DNA of 64,000 bases from an uncultured virus (IMG/VR IMGVR_UViG_3300038423_000132) (taxonomy: Duplodnaviria; Heunggongvirae; Uroviricota; Caudoviricetes): the IMG/VR virus record IMGVR_UViG_3300038423_000132; one strand, written 5' to 3'. The position numbers and the translations under genes are program-made. Positions 57,765 to 64,000 of this stretch are shown one piece after another; the first letter of the stretch is position 1, and each line of letters opens with the position of its first letter. The notes below the pieces were generated by a model, which was not told the origin of the DNA, ran no database searches, and saw only the letters and a list, made by a program, of their open reading frames with translations.

Positions 57765-60700
57765 TGGGCAGCGCAGCGGTCCAACTCGCCCCGTGGGAAG
57801 AGGCGGCGCAGCAGACCCCTCCGTGGGAAGAGGCTGCACAGGCGCAGACCAAAGCCGCGCCATCTCCCTACCCTCCCGGCACTCCCCCTGCAGCCCAACC
57901 ATTTAGCGACCAGGACGCCGCGCGGTTCACGCGGCCAGCCGGAACATCTGTTCCTCCAACCTTTTACAACAGAACTCCAAATACACCTAGCACGCAAAGT
58001 GCTGCACAGCCTCCATCCCCTCCCGGATTCTGGTCTTCGGTCGTTAAACCTGCCGCATCTTCGTTCGCGCGCGCTGTTGGTTTGCCTGGCTCCGTCGAAG
58101 AAGCTGCGCAACAGCAGGAGCAGCGACAGGCTGAGTTGCGCGCCCATCCCGTAAAAGGCACCATCGAGGCTCTCGCCGGTCCCCCTGGACAATTTGCGGA
58201 GGGGCTGTACGCGGGCGCAAAGCGCATCACCGGCGAGCTGAAAGAGGGAGGCGAGGCGCTCGCAGAGGGCCAGCCTGGCTTCGCGGCGGTCCATGCGGTC
58301 CAGGCGATCCCATTCGTCGGTGCGGGGATCCAGACCGGCGTTCAGCAACTCGGGCCGAACGAGCTGATAAACCCAGCGGAAGTTGGCACGGTCCTTGGCA
58401 CAGCCGCCCAGGTTGCCCCCATGCTTTTGGGCGGAGGCGGTGAAGCCCGTCCAAAACTCAACCTCGGCGTTTACACCCCTCACGAGCCTCCGATGCTCCC
58501 GCTTCCCCCGGCAGAGCCTGAGTACGTGGGCGAGCCGGAAGCCCCTCCGCAGCCAGCAGGCATCCCTGACGCCGAGGTGACGCCGTGGGAGGAGGCTAAG
58601 CAGGCGCAACTGCCGGCCACGACATCGGCCGGACTCCGCCCGCCGCCGCCCGTCAACCGCGCCGAGGCCGTCGAGCGCACGACGCCGCCTCCGCAGTTCG
58701 CGCCGCGGCCAGCGCCGACCGCCGCTCGGGGAATGATCGTCGACCAGCAGGGGAATGTGCTCCCGGTGCGCCCCGGTCTGCCGCCGCCGGTTGAGACGGC
58801 CGGCCGGAAGACGCCGATCATCGCCAAGCCTGTCCCGCCGACCGTCCAGCCCGGGCCCGTCGCTCCAAGGTTGGCCACGCCCGCTGTGATGGCACCAGCG
58901 CCCGCGCAGGCTGTCCCTGTACAGGCCGCGCCCTCCCCGGCAGGCCAACCCACCATCCTGCAGCCGAACGCCCCACAGGGCCAGCCAGAGGCCCAGCGGC
59001 CTGTGGTTCAGGCAAGCACCGAACCGGCCGAGATCCGGCAATCGGCCGCGGAGCAGAAGCCGGTCCTCAAAGACATGGCCGAGACCGCCGTCGAGGGGAT
59101 CCCCGGCGCCAAGGTCGAGGGGATGCGGGTCAAGGAGCCAGAGGCCGTCGAGAACAAGGAGGACCGCGGCAAGCCACCGGAGACCATCGTTGACCACCTC
59201 GGGGCTCGAGTCTCGGCTCCCACGCCAGAGGCGGTTGAGCAGATCAGGCAGAACATCGAGAGCCAGCTTCCGGTTCGAAGTGCCGACAAGATCGATTCGA
59301 ACGGCGTGAATGCCGACCAATACGCCGTGCAGACCGGGATGCCGGGAGAGCCGAACCAGCAGTCTGAACTCCAGGTTGTGACCGCGCCGGTCGCCGAGGC
59401 CATGAAGGCCACGGACGACCTGTACGACCAGCAGAAGAAGGCGCTGGCGGCCGGGGACCAAGCCAAGGCCGATGAACTGGGCGCGCAGATCGCCGCCAAG
59501 ATGCAGGACGCCCAACAGCCGGAGCTCCAGGGCCGCGCCGTGCTGGCCGAGTCGCCGGAGCAGACGCAGCTTGGCAACCCACCGCCCAAGGCGGGCGATA
59601 CCGTCGCCTACCAGACCAACGGCGGGAAGACGCGGAACGCGAAGGTCGTCCGGGTCGACGGCCAGGACGCCTACCTGCGCGACGGGTACGCGACGGTCAA
59701 GAAGCCGATCGCAAGCCTGAAACCGGCAGGCGCGCCCGCCGCCGCGCCAGTGCCGCAACCCGCCGCACCCGCGCCAGCAAAGGCCGCGCCCGTTGCGCGC
59801 GCCGCCGCCGCGCCGCCGCCGCCCGTCCAGCAGGGCCAGCCAGCGCCCGGCACGCCCCGCCCGGTTGGAGAGCCGATCCGGGCCCGCATCGATCAGATCA
59901 AGGACCTTGAGGCCAAGGGCCAGAAAGTCGTCATCTTCTCTGCCGAGGCCGACAACCCGGCGGTCAAAGAGGCTTTGACCAAGGCAGGTCTGGGCAACCT
60001 GCCGGTGACGAATATCAAGGGGCCGGACTTCGGCGCGCTGCTCGACAACGATGTAAACGTGGAGCGGAACGGGACCGGGCCGATGACGATTCCGCCCGTG
60101 GTGCCCGGAAAGTCTCTCTACGTCGATTTCGACGGAACGCTGTTCATGGAGCCGGGAGAGAGAACAGGAGCGCAAGCCAATGCCATTGAACCTCGGAACG
60201 GCGGCCAGCCATCAGGCCCTTCAGAAGCAAGTGGTGGTGGGGAGAAAATCAATGCCAATGAAATCGCAGGCAATGCGCCGCGCGCTGTGGGCCAAGGACC
60301 CCAAGGTGGCGCAGGAGTTCGAGAACGAGACACCGAAGGGCGCGGTACTGCCGGAGCGATTGCACCCGCCGTCGAAGAAAAGCCACTGGGTCAGCCGGGC
60401 GGTGGGGAGAAACCGGAAAAAGTAACGACCACCAAATACAAGTACGGCAACACCCAGGCCGACATCCCGCGCGGCTCGGAAGCCGGGAAAGCGCTCGCGG
60501 CTGCACGCGCCAAGATCGCCCCGGATGACCTGATGCCTACCAGCAACACATCGGATGGCGGAGGTCTCGAAGAAGATTCCCATGTGACCGTCCGGTACGG
60601 GATTGACAGCGACGACACGAGCGGCATTCGGACGCATCTTGAGAAGCAGACACCGTTCGAGGCATCTCTGGGCAAGGTCACATCGTTTCCGCCGAGCGAA

Positions 60701-63679
60701 CATTCGGACGGAGCAGCACCGATTGTCGTGGCAGTCGAGTCTCCCGAACTCCGTAAGTTGGAGAAAGAACTCGACAAGCACGGCGCATTTGTTGAGCGTA
60801 GCTTCCCCGAGTACAAGCCCCATGCGACTCTCGCCTACGTGAAACCGGAGGCGGCCCAGAAATATGTGGGGATGCCCGGAACTGAGGGCAAGAAGTTCAC
60901 GGTCAACAGCATCTCGATCACGGATAAGAACGGCGATTCTGTCTCGGTCCCGCTCAAAGGCAAGCACGCCCCCGCCTTCTACAGACCCAAGCCCGCGCCC
61001 GCTCCGGTAGAGAAGCCAGCCGCGCCGGTCAAGACGGAAGCGGATGCCGTCGCGCCGGGAACTGCGCCGCCGACTGAGTTGGAGAACCTGGCCTCCGCCG
61101 AGCAGGCCGCCAAGGAGCCAAAGGAAACGCCGTCCGCTCTCGGCTCGACGACCTACGCTGGCGGTTTCCTCGATCCCGAACTCTTCAAGACGCTCTTCCC
61201 CGACCTGGCTGAGCGATTCAAGAACTGGGCCACAGACGAGATCACTCCCGGCGACACGCAGCGCGAGATGATGCGCGAGACCCGCGGCGAGCGTGACCGG
61301 CAGGTTGCTGCAATCGCCAAGAAGCTCCAGCCGTCGCGGAACTCATGGACGTTCCGCCCGCGCTCCGACTCCACCAAGTTCTTCAATGCTGTCGAGAGCG
61401 GGGATCTTTCCTCCCTCGATCCCAAAGACCGCGCGCTGGCCCAACTGTTCAAGGGTGGATTCGAGCCGCTCATCAAGGAGATTCAGGAGCTAAAGCCCCA
61501 AGTCCTGCAATCCCTGATCGAGAACTACTTCCCGCACATCTGGGAGCAGCCATCGATGGCCGCGAAGACCCTCCGTGCGGTCATGTCCGGGCGCCGCCCG
61601 TTCGCCGGATCCGGTTCATTCCTCAAGCAGCGTACCATTCCCACCATTCAGGACGGCCTCGACATGGGCCTCAAGCCAGTGTCGTGGAATCCTGTCGATC
61701 TGTTCCTGCGCAAGTATTCGGAGATGAGCCAGTTCCTGATGGGACACAAGACGCTGGAGATGATGAAAGAGGCCGGGACCGCAAAGCAGGTTATGGTTGG
61801 CAAGAAAGCTCCAGACGGATGGCGGCAGTTGGACGACAGGATCAGTACGATATTCAGCTACGATGATGACGACCATCTCTTCATTCGCGGCCATTACTAC
61901 GCCCCTCCCGATGTAGCCAAGGTCTTCAACAACTTTGTCTCCCGTGGTCTCGCCGGCCGCTCCGCGCTCTACGATGTGCTGCGCTGGACGAACAACAACC
62001 TCAACTCTCTGCAGTTGGGCATCTCCGCGTTCCACGCCTCGACCACGGCGGTCAACGCCGCAACCAGTGAAGTCGCTCTGGGAATCCAGAAACTGAGCGA
62101 GGGGAAACCCCTCGAGGCGGCAGGTCACATCATCTCCGGGGCGACTGTAGCTCCCAGCGTAATCCGCACAATGGTCAACGGCTCGCGGATGATGAACGAA
62201 TATCTCAGCCCTGGCAGCTATCGAAAGTTCGCGGCAGAAGCGTCTGCTGTTGCCGAGGCGGGCGGCAGGGCCAAGATGGATGTGGTTCCCATGACCGCCT
62301 TCCGCAAGACTGTGAACGCATTCAGGAACGGCGCAGTGGCAGAGGGGCTGCTCTCCCTCCCAGGCACGGTACTCCAGACTACCATCGCTCCGGTCATGGA
62401 CTACATGGTGCCCCGTGTGAAACTTGGAGCCTTCTACGACATGGCCCACGACATTCTGGATGAGGCTGCCGAGCACAACTGGGATGAGGAGGCGACGCGC
62501 CGGAAGATGCAGCGGGCGTGGGACTCGGTAGACAACCGCTTTGGCCAACTGGTCTACGACAACCTCTTCTGGCATCGCGCTCTTCAGGACACCCTCATGC
62601 TGGCCAGCCGGTCAGTAGGATGGAACTTTGGCGACATACGCGAATTGGGCGGAGGCATCAAGGATATAGGGCAGCAAGCTGCAGGCGTCTTTCAAGGGAA
62701 AATGCCGGAGGTTACTCCCAGGATGGCCTTCGCTTTTGCGCTGCCGCTGGTCACGGGCCTGATTGGCGGAGTGCTGACCTATCTCTGGACCGGCCACAAG
62801 CCGGATACGTGGAAGGACTACTTCTACCCGAAGCGGCAGGATGGAACGCGAGTCTCGATCCCCGGTTACATGAAGGATGTCATAGGCTTTGCGCAGCATC
62901 CTATCGGCACAGTGACCAACAAGATGAGCCCGCTGCTTGAGATGACGGCCGAGGCGATCAACAACCGCGACTTCTACGGCACTGAGATCCGGCACACGGA
63001 TGACCCCTATGTGAAGCAACTCCTTCAAGTCTCTCGGTGGGCGGCGGGACAGACCGAACCCTTTGCTATCTCCGGCGGTCAGAAACTGCTGGCCAAAGAG
63101 GGGGAGGATACCACGTTCCGGTGGGCGCATCCCGTCGAGTCGGTAGAGCGCATTGCCGGCGCGGCCGTCAGACACCCCGGCGATCTTGCGCTTGGTCAAC
63201 TCGGGTTCCAGCCGGCACCGGCCTTCATACAAAACTCGAAGGCACTCAACATGGCCCGCGAGTATGGACAGGCTAATCGGCCATCGGGAACAAAGACGCA
63301 GGCAGAGGCTGAGAAGTCCCAGGCCATGCACACGATCGAGGATATGTATCGGGCGAAGCAAGTCAACCAATCGGTGATCGACGAGTACAAGAGATCTGGG
63401 GTAGTCAACGAAAACGATCTTGTGCGCGCAAGATTCTATGCTCGCACCGATCCATTGGTGGCAGCCGTGCGCTCTCTGCATTCCGACCAGGCGCTCAACG
63501 TGTACCTGGCGGCCACGCCAGCAGAACAGAAGACGCTGCGGCCATTGATCGAATTGAAGAATCGGGAGATACCAAAGGACACCCCCACCGATCAGCAGCA
63601 GCAACTCAAGGATGCCTACCGCAAGGCCCTGCATCCGCAACCGAAGTTTACGGGACCGAGCACCGGACCCGCCGCGTAG
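57764..63679 (+). CDS. Large polyvalent internal virion protein
   Basis: 1971 aa; RelA/SpoT-like, HAD-like and 2H phosphoesterase motifs; helical C-terminal region. Confidence 0.75.
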   Translation: MGSAAVQLAPWEEAAQQTPPWEEAAQAQTKAAPSPYPPGTPPAAQPFSDQDAARFTRPAGTSVPPTFYNRTPNTPSTQSAAQPPSPPGFWSSVVKPAASSFARAVGLPGSVEEAAQQQEQRQAELRAHPVKGTIEALAGPPGQFAEGLYAGAKRITGELKEGGEALAEGQPGFAAVHAVQAIPFVGAGIQTGVQQLGPNELINPAEVGTVLGTAAQVAPMLLGGGGEARPKLNLGVYTPHEPPMLPLPPAEPEYVGEPEAPPQPAGIPDAEVTPWEEAKQAQLPATTSAGLRPPPPVNRAEAVERTTPPPQFAPRPAPTAARGMIVDQQGNVLPVRPGLPPPVETAGRKTPIIAKPVPPTVQPGPVAPRLATPAVMAPAPAQAVPVQAAPSPAGQPTILQPNAPQGQPEAQRPVVQASTEPAEIRQSAAEQKPVLKDMAETAVEGIPGAKVEGMRVKEPEAVENKEDRGKPPETIVDHLGARVSAPTPEAVEQIRQNIESQLPVRSADKIDSNGVNADQYAVQTGMPGEPNQQSELQVVTAPVAEAMKATDDLYDQQKKALAAGDQAKADELGAQIAAKMQDAQQPELQGRAVLAESPEQTQLGNPPPKAGDTVAYQTNGGKTRNAKVVRVDGQDAYLRDGYATVKKPIASLKPAGAPAAAPVPQPAAPAPAKAAPVARAAAAPPPPVQQGQPAPGTPRPVGEPIRARIDQIKDLEAKGQKVVIFSAEADNPAVKEALTKAGLGNLPVTNIKGPDFGALLDNDVNVERNGTGPMTIPPVVPGKSLYVDFDGTLFMEPGERTGAQANAIEPRNGGQPSGPSEASGGGEKINANEIAGNAPRAVGQGPQGGAGVRERDTEGRGTAGAIAPAVEEKPLGQPGGGEKPEKVTTTKYKYGNTQADIPRGSEAGKALAAARAKIAPDDLMPTSNTSDGGGLEEDSHVTVRYGIDSDDTSGIRTHLEKQTPFEASLGKVTSFPPSEHSDGAAPIVVAVESPELRKLEKELDKHGAFVERSFPEYKPHATLAYVKPEAAQKYVGMPGTEGKKFTVNSISITDKNGDSVSVPLKGKHAPAFYRPKPAPAPVEKPAAPVKTEADAVAPGTAPPTELENLASAEQAAKEPKETPSALGSTTYAGGFLDPELFKTLFPDLAERFKNWATDEITPGDTQREMMRETRGERDRQVAAIAKKLQPSRNSWTFRPRSDSTKFFNAVESGDLSSLDPKDRALAQLFKGGFEPLIKEIQELKPQVLQSLIENYFPHIWEQPSMAAKTLRAVMSGRRPFAGSGSFLKQRTIPTIQDGLDMGLKPVSWNPVDLFLRKYSEMSQFLMGHKTLEMMKEAGTAKQVMVGKKAPDGWRQLDDRISTIFSYDDDDHLFIRGHYYAPPDVAKVFNNFVSRGLAGRSALYDVLRWTNNNLNSLQLGISAFHASTTAVNAATSEVALGIQKLSEGKPLEAAGHIISGATVAPSVIRTMVNGSRMMNEYLSPGSYRKFAAEASAVAEAGGRAKMDVVPMTAFRKTVNAFRNGAVAEGLLSLPGTVLQTTIAPVMDYMVPRVKLGAFYDMAHDILDEAAEHNWDEEATRRKMQRAWDSVDNRFGQLVYDNLFWHRALQDTLMLASRSVGWNFGDIRELGGGIKDIGQQAAGVFQGKMPEVTPRMAFAFALPLVTGLIGGVLTYLWTGHKPDTWKDYFYPKRQDGTRVSIPGYMKDVIGFAQHPIGTVTNKMSPLLEMTAEAINNRDFYGTEIRHTDDPYVKQLLQVSRWAAGQTEPFAISGGQKLLAKEGEDTTFRWAHPVESVERIAGAAVRHPGDLALGQLGFQPAPAFIQNSKALNMAREYGQANRPSGTKTQAEAEKSQAMHTIEDMYRAKQVNQSVIDEYKRSGVVNENDLVRARFYARTDPLVAAVRSLHSDQALNVYLAATPAEQKTLRPLIELKNREIPKDTPTDQQQQLKDAYRKALHPQPKFTGPSTGPAA
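60252..60425 (+). CDS. Nested out-of-frame small basic protein
   Basis: GGAG RBS plus MPMKSQAMRRALWAKDPKVAQEFENETPKG..LPE. Confidence 0.55.
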   Translation: MPMKSQAMRRALWAKDPKVAQEFENETPKGAVLPERLHPPSKKSHWVSRAVGRNRKK

Positions 63680-63693
63680 TACAGGAGGACGCA

Positions 63694-64000
63694 ATGCCGA
63701 ACGGACGCAAGCCCGGGTGGAGGCCGCCGCCCGAACCGAAGAAGGAACGCCGGCCGCGTATGAGCCTTGAGCAGCGACGTGTACTCCGTGCCGAGAGAAA
63801 GGCTGCGCAGGAGCCTGGGTACATCCCTGTGCCCCCCGAGAAGCCCCACGTACCGAAGATCATGGACCCCGATCCCAACATCTTCCCACCCAAACTGCGG
63901 CGCGTGCTGCAGTATTACCTCGACACCTGGCCCCGCGACCTCGACAAAGCAGCAAGGGCAGCGTGGATGCTGCCAGATGAATTCAGGGAGCATCTGAAGT
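63694..64000 (+). CDS. Hypothetical protein, 3'-truncated (possible terminase small subunit)
   Basis: AGGAGG plus ATG; MPNGRKPGWRPPPEPKK..., open to the window end. Confidence 0.5.
   Translation, partial: MPNGRKPGWRPPPEPKKERRPRMSLEQRRVLRAERKAAQEPGYIPVPPEKPHVPKIMDPDPNIFPPKLRRVLQYYLDTWPRDLDKAARAAWMLPDEFREHLK

Larger units (their letters stand above)
1..64000. mobile_element. Tailed bacteriophage/prophage genome segment, podovirus-like
   Basis: Continuous phage gene content (RecT/YqaJ, DnaB, replication initiator, lysozyme, portal, capsid, ejection-like proteins); no host housekeeping operons seen; both ends truncated. Confidence 0.95.

Noticed and set aside
57695..60175. 826-aa minus-strand ORF and similar long antisense ORFs (e.g. 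45479..46945)
   Set aside because: Shadow frames of GC-rich coding genes, with no motifs

Overview
The whole window is one temperate-type tailed phage or prophage genome segment with podovirus-like (P22/T7-style) morphogenesis genes. An Acidobacteriota host is inferred from the style of the DnaB N-terminus, a small basic protein and the signal peptides, but is not proven. Layout: (1) 1-11.5 kb, leftward early operon with DnaB, HNH genes, a Rad50/SbcC-like ATPase, a J-domain protein, RecT and YqaJ; (2) 11.7-16.6 kb, rightward replication genes and an SF2 helicase-DNA methyltransferase fusion; (3) 16.6-20.5 kb, leftward small accessory genes; (4) a divergent promoter region carrying a perfect parS palindrome; (5) 23-40 kb, tail-fibre/tailspike-like genes that almost all carry signal peptides, mixed with lysis genes; (6) 40.8-63.7 kb, portal, scaffold, capsid, tail and ejection genes, ending in a 1971-aa polyvalent protein. 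No integrase, terminase large subunit, tRNA or CRISPR array was recognised. Most notable: a candidate small RNA at about 7150-7236 whose loop is complementary to an extended Shine-Dalgarno 11-mer (CCGAACGGAGG) found exactly upstream of five early genes; signal-peptide-bearing tailspike-like proteins; and a putative injected protein with RelA/SpoT-like, circularly permuted HAD and Acb1-like 2H domains plus a nested out-of-frame gene. All calls come from reading motifs by eye; no searches were run.
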